A stretch of 64,000 bases of DNA from Saccostrea cucullata (taxonomy: Eukaryota), in assembly GCF_032062105.1 (NCBI RefSeq), contig NW_026933830.1, positions 186,001 to 250,000 on the forward strand. The letters are read 5' to 3'. Position numbers and translations under genes: made by a program. Under the pieces are notes generated by a model. That model saw nothing but the letters and a program-made list of their open reading frames with translations, ran no database searches and was not told where the DNA came from. Below, one piece after another: positions 13,355-26,500 of the stretch. The stretch's first letter is position 1; every line of letters begins with the position of its first letter.

Positions 13355-14005
13355 TATGACACTGAGGCAGCCTCAATAAAGGAAGAGAAAGATCCTTAGA
13401 GAAACAAACATTGTGTGACTAATACCAGGGTTATGTGACACTGAAAACATTGTGTGACTAATACCAGGGTTATGTGACACTGAAAACATTGTGTGACTAA
13501 TACCAGGGTTATGTGACACTGAAAACATTGTGTGACTAATACCAGGGTTATGTGACACTGAGGCAGCCTAGATGAAGGAGGGGAAGGACCCATAGAGAAA
13601 CAAACATTGTGTGACTAGTACCGGGGTTATGTGACACTGAAAACATTGTGTGACTAATACCAGGGTTATGTGACACTGAAAACATTGTGTGACTAATACC
13701 AGGGTTATGTGACACTGAAAACATTGTGTGACTAATACCAGGGTTATGTGACACTGAAAACATTGTGTGACTAATACCAGGGTTATGTGACACTGAAAAC
13801 ATTGTGTGACTAATACCAGGGTTATGTGACACTGAGGCAACCTAGATGAAGGAGGGGAAGAACCCATAGAGAAACAAACACTGAGTGACTAGTACCAGGG
13901 TTATGTGACACTGAGGCAGCCTAGATGAAGGAGGGGAAGGACCCATAGAGAAACAAACACTGAGTGACTAGTACCAGGGTTATGTGACACTGAGCCAGCC
14001 TAGAT
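13355..14005 (+). repeat. 39-bp minisatellite with interspersed longer (about 70-bp) units, at the start of the HMG gene 3' UTR
   Basis: Unit tgtgacactgaaaacattgtgtgactaataccagggtta; it explains the repetitive antisense ORFs at 13373-13867. Confidence 0.9.
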
Positions 14006-14926
14006 AAAGGAGGGGACACATTGGGAGTGTAACAGTGAGGTCCACTTACAGACAAACTATCATGTCGGCTAGAATTAATACATGTATTTCAAATATATCT
14101 GTGACACATATATACATTCTGATATAAGATGCAATTTTAGCATTGCCTGTAGATTATTCCTTGGTTTTATATCTCCGTGTTTCATTTTATATAATCTGTT
14201 TGTTTGTCAAAGGAAAATTAAATTTCCTTTTATGTATTTTAATTTTTCCACATAGCAAAAATCAAAACACTTTTAAGTCATGTTCATAATTTACTATCTT
14301 GTAGATAAACCTTATTTTGGAGTAAATTTACCGTTTCTTAGATGATTAGGATTATATCGAGAGTGTTTATATATAATCATGATAATGCACAACATTGACA
14401 TTTTTAAATAACTTTTTTTTTACTGATTTGGGTCTCTGTTAATTGCTGACAGAACAATGATGATGTGTTCAGATTATAAATGGCAGCTGGAGAGTGAATA
14501 TTGTGTAATATATTGTAAATATTATATAGAAAGTTACAGATTTAGGTCACTCTGATCCTCAGATCACTACAGTATTGTAGGTAGAATTGTATGTAAACAG
14601 AGACCACAGTTGACACATTTATTGGGCTTTGATATTTTAGACAGATTTAGTACATGTACATGAAAATTTCCAGTGTAAGCAATATACAATTTTGTATAAT
14701 TAATATATCTTTATATTATCACTTTTTGTATTCATATTTTTATTATCTATAATTAAGTAAGCTTTATGATTGAAGGATACATCCATTGTCATACTATCAA
14801 GATCATTATGCTGAACTCAGTATCAAGTGTAGCGAGATTCAGAGTTCTTCAGTGGAACATGAATGACTTTTACCTGTTGAATACAGTGAACAGATTTAGT
14901 GTTAGAAATGCAATATGTTCAATTGA

Positions 14927-16365
14927 TTTTTAGCTCACCTCAACGAAGTTGGGGGGAGCTTATGTGATACCCTCGGCGTCGGCGTCCCAGGTTAAGGTTA
15001 AGTTTTTTGGAGCAGTTTTCTTTTTAATTACTTCTGAGTCCTATATTGATTAGACATGCATGGAATATGGTTCTAGTGTGTTTCATTGTACCAGACAGAG
15101 TTTCAGATGCTGCAATTTCAGCAAAGGAATGACCAGGTTAATGTTTTTGGAGCAGGTTAACATTTTTGGTGCAGTTTTTGGTGTAGGTTTCATTTCCAAG
15201 TAACTATAAGCCCTATGTTGACCAAACTTGCATGGATGATACATCTAAGGATGCATACTACCGGCCTTGCTACGGATGCTGAATCTAACCTACATTTTCC
15301 GGTTGAGTGAACAGGTTAAAGTTTTTGGTGCAGGTTTCATTTCCAAGTAACTATAAGCCCTATGTCGACCAAACTTGCATGGATGATACATCTAAGGATG
15401 CATACTACCGGGCTTGCTTCGGATGCTGAATCTGACCTACATTTTCCGGTTGAGTGAACAAGTTAAAGTTTTTGGTGCAGATTTCATTTCCAAGTAACTA
15501 TAAGCCCTATGTTGACCAAACTTGCATGGATGATACATCTAAGGATGCATACTACTGGGCTTGCTACGGATGCTGAACCTGACCTACATTTTCCAGTTGA
15601 GCTAACAGGTTAATGTTTTTGGTGCAGGTTTCATTTGCAAGTAACTTTCATGCCCTATGTTGACCAAACTTGCATGGATGATACATCTAAGGATGCACAC
15701 TACCAGGCTTGCTTCGGATGCTGAATCTGACCTGCATTTTCCGGTTGAGTGAACAGGTAAAAGTTTTTGGTGCAGGTTTCATTTCCAAGGAAGTATGAGT
15801 TCTTTAATGACCAATCTTGCATAGATGATACATCTAAGGATGCATACTACCAAGCTTGCTTCGGATGCTGAATCTGACCTACTTTTTGTGGATGAGTGAA
15901 AATGTTAGTTTTTGATGCATGTTTCATTTCCAATAAACTATGAGCCCTATAATGAGCAAACTTGCATGGATGATACATCTAAGGATGCACACTAATGGAC
16001 TTGCTTCGGATGCTGAATTCGACATACATTTTTCAGATAATAGACAAGGTGAAAGTTATGGTTGCAGGTCTATTTCCAAAAAACTATAAGGCTTATATAA
16101 CATTGTATAAACCAAACTTGCACAAATGCTGCATCAAGAGATGAAAACTCTCAAATTTGCTTCAGATGCTGGAATTTGATTATATTTTTTCATGAAGAAG
16201 AACTAGTTTAAGTTTTTTTTGTAGGTCTATTTCAAAGTATCAGATCAAAATTGCTTAAATTTTTCATTTTTGGAATGTATACTTTTTGTTGGTTAATTGT
16301 GTGACTTTGCCTTACTTAAAGACAACATTCGTTGAGGTGAGCTCTGTAATCTCTGATTACCTATG
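14927..16365 (+). mobile_element. Non-autonomous Helentron-type (HINE/DINE-1-like) element with an internal 147-bp satellite array
   Basis: Subterminal inverted repeats agctcacctcaacg / cgttgaggtgagct, 5' GGCGTC microsatellite, about 6 internal 147-bp units, 3' hairpin gtaatc-tct-gattac, T-rich insertion site. Confidence 0.8.
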
Positions 16366-16692
16366 TTTTATTTTTAGGGATGCAATATGTTCAAATGATT
16401 TTTTATTATTTTTAAGGATATTTGGTCCCTATTTTGAGTTTTTGATTTTTTAAGAGAGAATTTCTTTAAAAATAAAAACCAAGTCCTATAGATACAGCCT
16501 TGAATTTTTTTATCATCAGGAAGAGAACTGGGTGGCTTAATCTGTTATAACAATTAATGGACAACAGATTTAAGAGTTCATCAGCTACTAGTATATAACC
16601 TATATATGCTATTTTAACTATGGACAACAGATTTTAGAGTCCATCAGTTATACACCCAATACTTATTTTCATGGAATTGAGGCAGATTTTAT

Positions 16693-16936
16693 CACCCATG
16701 TGGTGCAGTGGTTAGAGCATCTGTCTTGGGGTTCAAAACCCACAGTGGGACATGGAGACCAGTTCTTTGGATGAGACCGTATAATTCGAGGTCCCGGTCG
16801 CAGTTCGTGCTGGCACGAAAAAGATCCGTCACTGCTCAATGGCTGTATGTGCCTAGTATAGGACAAAATTTGCAGCTCTCCACTGGCAAGTGGCGGCTTA
16901 TACATATGACTGAAAAATTATGAAGAGGGACATTAA
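16693..16936 (+). mobile_element. tRNA-derived SINE
   Basis: A box tggtgcagtggttagagc, B box ggttcaaaacc; body homologous to 43914-44205. Confidence 0.75.
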
Positions 16937-17686
16937 AGGTACTTGGACACATATTTGAAGTTAATATTTTCTGTATAATATCACGAATTATATATTTTAA
17001 AAGTATTTCACACAAAAATTAATTAAAAATCTTATTTCATTTAAAAGTTATTAAAACTTCAAATTTTTCTGGCGGGTTTGATTGACACATCCTTGCACTT
17101 TCACAAATTATAACTTTATTCTTAATTCTTAGGAAAAGTGGCAATCTTGTTGTGTATTAATGAGAAATATTAAAACTTTAATCCAGAAAAATAATTTTGT
17201 TCAGAGTAGAAATGTTAGAAAGCAAAACTCCTTCACAAGTATCGTCATTCCGAGCTAAGTGTTGTGTACAAAGTTTAGCAAATGGAGCGCACTCGTGTTA
17301 TGTATACTATTGTTGATGTTTACGATTCACCTGGTGCGTTCAATCATCAAAGAGTGCTCACCACAACTGCACGGACTGACAGTATATTATGTGTTCGTTT
17401 TGCTTTTGAACATGTCTACTCTGAATTTTCTGGGTTATAGTTTTAATATTTTTCATTTATACACAATAAGACTTTATGCTACTTTTCTTAAGTATTAAGA
17501 ATAAAATTAAAGTTTGTGAAAGTGCAAGGATGTGTCAATCAAACCCGCCAAAAAAATTGAAGTTTTAATAACTTTTAGATGAAATAAGATTTTTAATTAA
17601 TTTTTGTGTGAAATGCTATCAAAATATATAAGTCGTAATATTATAGAGAAAATATTAACTTCAAATCTGTGTCCAATGCAAGTACC
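16937..17686. mobile_element. Long-TIR (about 200 bp) TTAA-targeting MITE (Kolobok- or piggyBac-like)
   Basis: ttaa|aggtacttggacacatatttgaagttaatattttct ... agaaaatattaacttcaaatctgtgtccaa..agtacc|ttaa; inserted in the tail of a SINE. Confidence 0.8.
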
Positions 17687-18529
17687 TTAAAATAACAATC
17701 AATAAATGTTGGTAGTTGTCGATCAGGATCAAGCCTAATATGTGCTTTATACAGTAATACTTTCCTGGGAAATATAATGGAATTAAGTGTAAAGTTTTAT
17801 CATTTTTCAAGAGGTTTCAACATATTACAGATCCCCCATTTTTTAAACATTTCAATTATGATACCGTATGCCAACCCTTTCAATTTTTCAGATTAGGGAC
17901 AGCCTATATTTCAGTGAAAGTAATGTATGGGTGAAGGAGATGATTTTATATTTCAAATTTCAATATATTTAATGATTCTTTAAACACGTTGGCATACCTA
18001 TGTTATTAATTATTTTGAGCCCCCCCCCCTCCCCCCACCCCTCGTTCCACAGCCATGAATAAGAACAATTAAAACTTAAATTTATACTTCATATTGAGAA
18101 TCTTATACTTCACACAGTTGCTCTTTATTATTTACAGATATTTTAGTTCATAACAAGGTAAAAATGCTTTGTCAGATTTGATTGCCTTTTATTTTAATAT
18201 CGGGATCGATGTTCACCAGCGGGATCGGTGTTCATGCACATTTAATTTTTTTCCTGATGGACCCAAGCCCTAACTTGGCAAGTACCTACTGTTGGTAAAG
18301 TGAAACTGTAACAGAATTGACACGGTGCGACCGTTAGTGAGGGTGGTGCCGTTGCAAGAACAAAATTTTCAAACTGTTTTCTCGTGGGTATTTATTTAAT
18401 CTTATTTTATTTTCTTCTTTATATTTACCACATTTTATTGTTTTAATGATAATTCAGCTGTTGATCAGTGTTAAAATCATGATATTGTAAGGCAGTGTCA
18501 GAAAAACATAACAAAGACATCGGACCTTT

Positions 18530-19703
18530 ATGGAATGCCATATACGACAGCCAACCGCTTACTGCCAACTGCTGACCGCTTACTGCCAACTGTCAGCTGC
18601 TTACTGCCAACTGCCACACATATTTGAATAAATTTTATATTTGTATTGATATTTATATGAATTTTCACAAAAAAAGGCAGGGATCCAGGACATTTTTTCC
18701 AAGGGGGTCACGCTGGTAAAATTGAATTAAATAAAATGACCAATATGTTTTATCTTATGTAATATTCAATATATGTGGTTGATAAAGTACATTGTTTATT
18801 TTTTTATTTGTTTTCCTATTTGAAATAGGTAATAAAATGACTATTTTCTGCTTTTAATCTATAAAGAAGCCCTCCCCCCTCCCCCGGAGACAACAAAACC
18901 TTTGAAGAGAGAATAATAATTAAAAAAGATTTGTCGTTTTGCAGAGAAAGATGTTTTGAAAATAAATTTCCGTTTTCCATTATATTCTATAGTTAAAAAT
19001 TTCCTCAAATTAAAGATGTATATGTCTGTGTGTTATAATAAATGTTTCACATGCACAGATCTGGGGGGAGGGCATTTAAAATTTGTACAGTTATACGTTA
19101 AATAAACTAAACGAACTACCGGTATAACTGACCTTGGACCCTCCACTTAGAAAACGCCGATCAAATATTTATATCTCTCTGTTTGTACAAATAAAATATG
19201 TTTTACATGCATAGATCTAGAGAGAGGGGTCCGGAACACCCCTCTGAAATTTGTAAAGTTATTTAATGCACAAACTAACTCAACTAAAAGTTATTTAATG
19301 TACAAAATAAATAAACTAAAAGGAACCTTAGAACCCCCCCCCCTCCCCAACCGAAAATGGAAAATGTGGATTCGTGTTAAGTTGGTATGAAAAATGTCAT
19401 ACACATGAAGGTATGACGCATAAGAACCCCCTCTCCCCGGCCGAAATATATTTTCACATTTAGGAAAGGGCTTTACGTATTTTTTTTCTTGTTAAGAAAT
19501 TTCTGGGTTGGATTTTTTTTTTACCAGAGTGACCCTCTTGGAAAAAATGTCCTATAGATCCACGCCTTTTTTTTTTTATTTACATAAATATCAATATAAA
19601 AATAAAATTTATTCAAATATGTGTGGCAGTAAGCAGCTGACAGTTGGCAGTAAGCAGTCAGCAGTTGGCAGTAAGCAGTTGGCTGTCGTATATGGCATTC
19701 CAT
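18530..19703. mobile_element. 1.2-kb long-TIR non-autonomous DNA transposon
   Basis: TIRs of about 190 bp atggaatgccatatacgacagccaac... containing gcttactgccaactg sub-repeats; flanks GGACCTTT / AGACCTTT (7-8 bp target-site duplication). Confidence 0.85.
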
Positions 19704-20520
19704 AGACCTTTTAAAAATAATCCCTTCTCTTAGCCCAAGTACTTTTCGTTCAAATTATGCGATAAAAATGAAATTAAGGGTGTAATAAATCTGGAAAACC
19801 TTTAAAATGGTTTCATCATTTCTGACAGTGTCTGAGTTGCCCAGACATTGGTAGACAAAACACTCAAAATGAAAAGTGCATAGCCATAGTGGGGATGGAG
19901 AGAGAGAGAGAACATTCCTTGGACCAGTCAAGGGTTCAATGTACCAGCCTCAAGAACTATAGCCCTCTGCTTGAGAAAATTCGAACTGATAAAACAGAGC
20001 TACAGATCCAAGCGTATAAACTTGGACAATTTTTAATCCAAACAAGTCATTATACGAAATCATTAGGGGGGCACATCTGAGTAAAGCAGATTTGCTTTCT
20101 ATATAATACCATATTTGGAAATTAATTTGGGTGGAAGGTGGAGATAGACAAAGTTTTGGTATCATGTAAAAATTCCCTGACAAGGAAAAAAACAACATCA
20201 CACTCAATTACTAAGGGGGCACATCAGGTCAGTGATGTAGCTTTGTTTTCTATAGAATACCAAAGTGGAAATTATTATCATAAAGGGCTTGGAAACTCAT
20301 AGACCCATATTCTTAAGGCCATTTTTTTTAAAACAATGTATATAGTTTTGTGACTGTAATTTCGACTGAAAGCAAATTTTCATAAAGTATCTGCTTACTC
20401 CCCAGTAGTTATGAGAGTACATCTGTCCAACAATTATAATTCAGTGGCGAGTGCTTAATTAAATTTTCCCCTTCATTTACAGGAAATGCAGTACATATAT
20501 TACTTTCCTTCGTTTTATAG

Positions 20521-23500
20521 ATGACAAAGAAAAGAGGAAGGAGAAAATGTAGCTACAAGAAAATACAAATAAAAGACAAATTACGAAAGAGAAAACAAAG
20601 GTTGGCTAGACGTTTATCAAGTAAATTAGGAATTACACAAGAAATAGAACATCTGCCCACCAGTGAAATAGGAATTACACAAGAAATAGAGCATTTATCT
20701 ACCAGTGAACTAGGAAAAACACAAGAAAGAGAGCATTTATCTACCAATGAAATAGGAATTACACAAGAAATAGAGCATTTATCTACCAGTGAATTAGGAA
20801 TTACACAAGAAAGAGAACATTTACCCACCAGTGAAATAGGAATTACACAAGAAATAGAGCATTTATCTACCAGTGAATTAGGAATTGCACAAGAAAGAGA
20901 AAATTTACCCACCAGTGAATTAGGAATTACACAAGAAAGAGAGCATTTATCTAACAGTGAACTAGAAATTACAGAGAAAGAAAAAAAGAAAAATAAGGTG
21001 TTCAGCCGCTTGAGAGACAAAATACAGAAGAGAAGAGAAAGAGACCGGGCTCGGTATTTATCAAAAAAATTAGCAAGAGAAAAAGAGAATAAGGAGAAGA
21101 GACAAGGAATACAGTGGTCATCTACTGGTAAATCTTTTCCTGATATCCATTCAAAAGCGCAGTCATTAAAGTCTGTCTTCCCTTGAAGGGTCGTTGAAGA
21201 AGCTATATCAGTACAGTAAAACTCATTTAGTGCCAACACGGATATTGCGAATTCATGGATATGGCAAAGTTATCTTGGATCCCCAACTACATAAGTTTAA
21301 CAAATTCCTTATACAGTATGGATATCAAGAATTACGGATATAGCAAATTAATTTTCCAGAATCCAGATCCCAGTGACTTCGTTATAACCGAGTTTATAAC
21401 AGTAACTGTATCTAGTTCTGTTGACAGAGCTATATCAGTATTTAGTTCTCTTGATGGAGCTATAACATATACAGTAACATGAAAATATGTTCAATCTTTT
21501 AGTTACTCCTACAATTTCTAAGCAACAAACTCTATAAAAATTTCTTTGTTACTTGATTTCCATCTCCAAGGTGCAAAAAATCTGTCATCATTATATAAAA
21601 TGTGTTTGTAATTTACTCTGTCTTCTAAACCATTACCCGGCTAATATTCCTGTAATCTATGAATAATGGAGGTCTCATATAAACATTTACAGGTGATTCA
21701 ACCATGAAGGTCAAGAGACAGAGTCCTGCCACAAAAGCCAAGAAGAATAAGGTCTACAGAGCTACAGTCCTCAAGTCTAGGATGGAGACAGCAAAAGGGA
21801 TACAGACCAAGGTACCATGGCAGAACTGTGTATTTTAATACAAACAGTTTCATTTCCAGCATCAGAATTATTTACTTATCAATCTTATATACCTCCAGTT
21901 TTTTACTGTACAGTTACCTATGAAGGGAGTAATTGCAGCAATTGTCGTATTTACCTGGATAGCCCTATAATTGTAAAATGTCAAAAATTGATATAAACTT
22001 TACATTCCCAGGAAGTCTGTCTTTGGTTATATTGGTCAACATTGCATGTACATGATTGTTGTCTAATTTTGAGTGAAATCAAATACTGTATAATCTCTAT
22101 TACCCGGACGCTTAGAAAATTGCGAAAAGGGAGTGGTTATTTTGGTATTCTTTTTTTAATATTCATTGTCATATTTATGAGCCCGTATTGATAGATCTGG
22201 GGCATATATTGTTTTTGTCCTGTCTGTCTGTTTGTTTCTCTGTTTGTCTGCAGACTTCAACCTTCGCCATAACTTATGAACCATGAAAGATAGAGAATTC
22301 ATATTTGGTATGCATACTCCACTACTTAAGCTCTAGGTCAATGACCTTGTGACCTAAATGTGACCTGTTTACTAAAAATAGTTTTTTTGTACCTTTGCCA
22401 TAACTTTCGAACCATAGAAGATAGAGACTGCATATCTAGCATACATACTCCACTGATTAATCTCTTTCAAATGACACCAAAGTCAATGACCTTGACTGTG
22501 ACATATATGCTAAAAATAGCTTTTTCAGAATTTTGTTGCCGCCGGGCGCATAGTGTTTCACAAACACATCTTGTTTAACTTCAAACAAAATGTGTTTGTG
22601 AAACACTATGTGCCCGGTGGCAACAAAGTTTAAAAAAAACTATTTTTAGTATATAGGTCACAGTTAAGGAACTAGGTCATTTATCTTAATATCATTTGAA
22701 AAACTTTATTAGTGGAGTATGCGTACCAAATATGAAGTCTCTATCTCTCATGTGTCAAAAGTTATGGAAAAAGTTCAAAAAAGATATTTTTAGCTTGTAG
22801 GTCACAGTCAAGGTCACAAAGTCATTGACCTTGATGTCTTTTGAAAGAATTTTTTTGTGGAGTACGCATACAAAATATCAAGTCTCTACCTGTCAAGGAT
22901 TGAAAAGTCATGGCGAAGGTTTAAGTTGACAACAGACTGGACAAAAACAATGTAAAAATCTTTTGAAAAAAAAAAGTGAAAGAAACACTAAAATATTGTC
23001 TAACTTTACTTTGAGTAAAGATTGTCCACCCAGTTTATGGTAAATGATTCATTTTCCACCGAGTAATTGGATAAAAGATAAGTTTCATTATCACAAACTT
23101 TTGATACGATTCTAGCTTTTTGCTATAATTCACTTTTTGCCGTATTTTTTTTTTGTTGCTATAATTCATTTTTTGCTTTAATTCAATTTTTGCCGTAATT
23201 CGTTATTTGACATAATTCATTTTTGCTACAATTCATTTTTTGCTATAATTTACTTTTTGCTATAATTCACTTTTTGCTCTAAATACCTAGTTTCAATTGA
23301 TCAATCATTATGCTTTGCTTAATTATATCCTTTCAGAGAATTTTTTAACTCATATTGAGAATCCACTACTTGCTAGTGGAATGCTGAAAATTTAGACTTG
23401 TACCTGACCTTATCATGGCCTTTGAGCACTGAAGGATAAATTTCATGACAGTACCTACTGTGACATGTAGTGGAGTGACAATACTAGAAAAAGATGCTTA

Positions 23501-26500
23501 GTTTTCGAGTTTAATGGACCAGCATACCCTATGGCTGAAAGTTATATTTCATAAAAGAGACTTCTCCCCTCATATATTTTTGCCCGTTCGTAGAGTTTTC
23601 TCTAGTCAAATTTTTTTTAACTTGCGTTGAAAGTGAAAAGGGGGGGGTATTTAATTTATTTATTTTACTTGCTGATAATATTCTTTTTCAAAGATTGATT
23701 ATTGATTTTTTAAAAAAATACTAATTTGTGTGTGATAGGATAGCTACAGGTATCTAAATTTACGATGCAAAATTATTCAGGAATATTATTTGCCCCCCCC
23801 CCCTTTTTTTTTAAATCTTAAGTTTTGTTATAGAAACTGCGTTAATTTCAACAAAATATATTCAGTACAATTATTTCATGCAATATTAATAACGAATGTT
23901 TACTTAAGCGTTAAAAAGATTTATAAGACAATGATTTCTGATCAAATTAACCGCACTTTTTTAAAGACATCCTTACACTTAGTCTTGTATTCTACTTGAT
24001 CTAAAATGTTTTGTGTAACTGGAAACAGATTATAGAATCCCATCATGTCTATGACAGTGACTCCATCGATCAAAATATTCTTAAATATATTAAATTGGCT
24101 TCTATTATTAATAAGATAACGCTAATATTCAGTTTGAATTTAAATTAATTAGCATTTAAAAGTAATTTTCCTTTTTTTCAATTTAAAAAAATACGTATAG
24201 GACAAACATGTCACTTTTCCTTCACATTCCTGTTTGAACAAGGTATCTTGCATGATTGGATATTGCAATACAGATTAACGTAAGTATGAAACAGAAAGAG
24301 AAAAACGATTTAAGTATTTCATCATAAAGACTTTACAGAAACTATTTCATGTTTCCTTCGGAAATATATTTAGTGTTTTCTACAGCAAAAACATGGACTT
24401 TGTCATTATTCAAACTAAGGGATACATATTTTGTTTACGCATTTCCTCACTTACATGTACATACTGCCAAAAATTGAACTCTAATACTATAATCGTTTAT
24501 GAGCAGGGATATCATATTTTGTCAGCTCAGTGCTTACAGTACATAAAGTTTGCTTTTAAAAAGGCGTACCAGAAAGGAAGATATGAATCAAACGGAACCG
24601 TAAAAGCAATCCACTAAATTTTTTACTGGGAAAACTCATGGTTTGTTCTGTCATAAGAAAGCTTTTTCGATATTTTTCCTTTTGAGAAAGAATTGTTAGT
24701 TTTGCTTCAATATTAAATCATATTCTTGAAAAGTTAACAATAAAGATATACATGTACGTGTACATGAAAACCAATGAATAGAAATTACAGCTCTAGCAAA
24801 TGTATTACGTCATTAATTTAACTCTTCACCCCTTTTCAAAGAATTGCAACTTTAACACCAATACATGTTCAAACATACATTTCAAAACCCCAAAATCTGT
24901 ATAATGTAGCCTGCTTAATTTATGAGTAAACGCTTATTCAAAATTTCACCAAATTAAACGTAAATTTTCAAAACAACATTCATTATTAAAAAATTGGCTA
25001 TTTAGATAGAGAAATGAATAATATTAAGACTTTAAATAATATGTTGTCTGTCCTTTGATGAGACCGGAATACCGAATTTCAGTGTGAGAGCAAGGATGAC
25101 CTCTAGGAGAAATTTTACTAAAAAGCTTCGAACAATTTCTTTAAAAAATAATGAATCAGATGTAAAAGGCTTAATAAAAACATTACATTTAAAAAAGTGC
25201 GAAATTTATGGTCATATTCAGTTTTTTTTTAGGGTGGGTGGGGGTAGGGGTGATGGGTGTTGTTGTTTTTATTTTTCTTTACATTGTGTACTAAATATTA
25301 CGTGATTGTTCGTAAAGAATAACGTACGTTAGCATTAAACCGTTTAAGTTTAAATAAAATACTATAAGACAAACCTTTCATTTTACAGACAGACAAACGG
25401 GCATTCTTATGCAATTTTTTGTTCCATTTCCATGAAATCAATATATTCACCGTATAAATAAAATTCCTATACAAATATACATTATTTTCACGAAGTCCTT
25501 CAAATTTACTTTATATGTAATATTATGGTCAGATTTCATTCATTGATCTTTGATCTCCTTTTATTTTAAATTTTGACCATAGAATTTTCTACGACCAGGC
25601 AAAAATTATTGCTTGGTAATATATCTGACCAAAAAAGTACAAGTCAGCCATAGGGTAGGGTGGTACATTAAATTCAAATTTTTGATGGTCTTGTCACTCC
25701 ACTAATGGGACCTTGGATTCATTTGAAAAACCAGTCTCCATGTTGCCCAGTAGATTTAAACCTGTTGTGTAAGGATCAAATCCTTACACCTAAACTCTGC
25801 CAGACTGCCAACTTTTTTATATTTCCAAGATACAGTGGTTTTTTATGCTAGGACCTTTAGGTGTTCTATGATTTTATGTGAGCAAAGAATTGTCATCATT
25901 GTAAAACAGATTCTACTTACCGGTATTTATTTCAGGTAAAAAAAAACAAGAAGATGGAAGATGCATCAACGACTTTTCCAGATGAAATCAGCCAATCCAG
26001 AAAGAGGAAAACCTCCTTGATGTCTCCTTCTATTTATGTCAGCAAATCGAGAAGGATGAAAGATGCATCAACGTCTTTTCCAATTGATGTCAGAAAAACC
26101 AGAAAAAGGAAAGCTTCTCCGATGTCTTCTTCAAAGAGCAAAGAAGTTACAGGGAAAAAACGAGCTGTCAAGGTAACCATATGGTGTTGTCAATGTAAAC
26201 AAAACTGTTGTCAATGTAAACAAACATATAAAAATAAAACATTGTCAAGGTAAACAGATGCTTGAGAAAGTCGCAAAGGTAATCAGACATAACAATGTTG
26301 TAAAAAAAAAACCATGGCTTAATACATTGTTGTGTAACTCTAGAGGGTAACATAAAAAACAGATGTTCATCATTTTAGAGGTTTTCTGAGTAAACCGTGT
26401 GGTTACTGTATTCTTATTCAGCCTAGTCAGAAGAGGAGGGTTACACCCAAAAAGAAGCAGGACGACGAATTATCATCCTCGGTCTCTGATGATGAAACTG

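Noticed and set aside
13373-13867. Repetitive minus-strand ORFs (SHNPGISHTMF / QCFQCHITLVLVT)
   Set aside because: By-products of a 39-bp repeat in the 3' UTR; the CxxCH pattern is coincidental.
16697-16745. Possible tRNA gene
   Set aside because: Only A and B boxes are present without a full cloverleaf, and the sequence continues into a SINE body found elsewhere in the window.
20553-21239. 228-aa antisense ORF
   Set aside because: Shadow of the plus-strand repeat exon, which has the splice signals and joins downstream exons.
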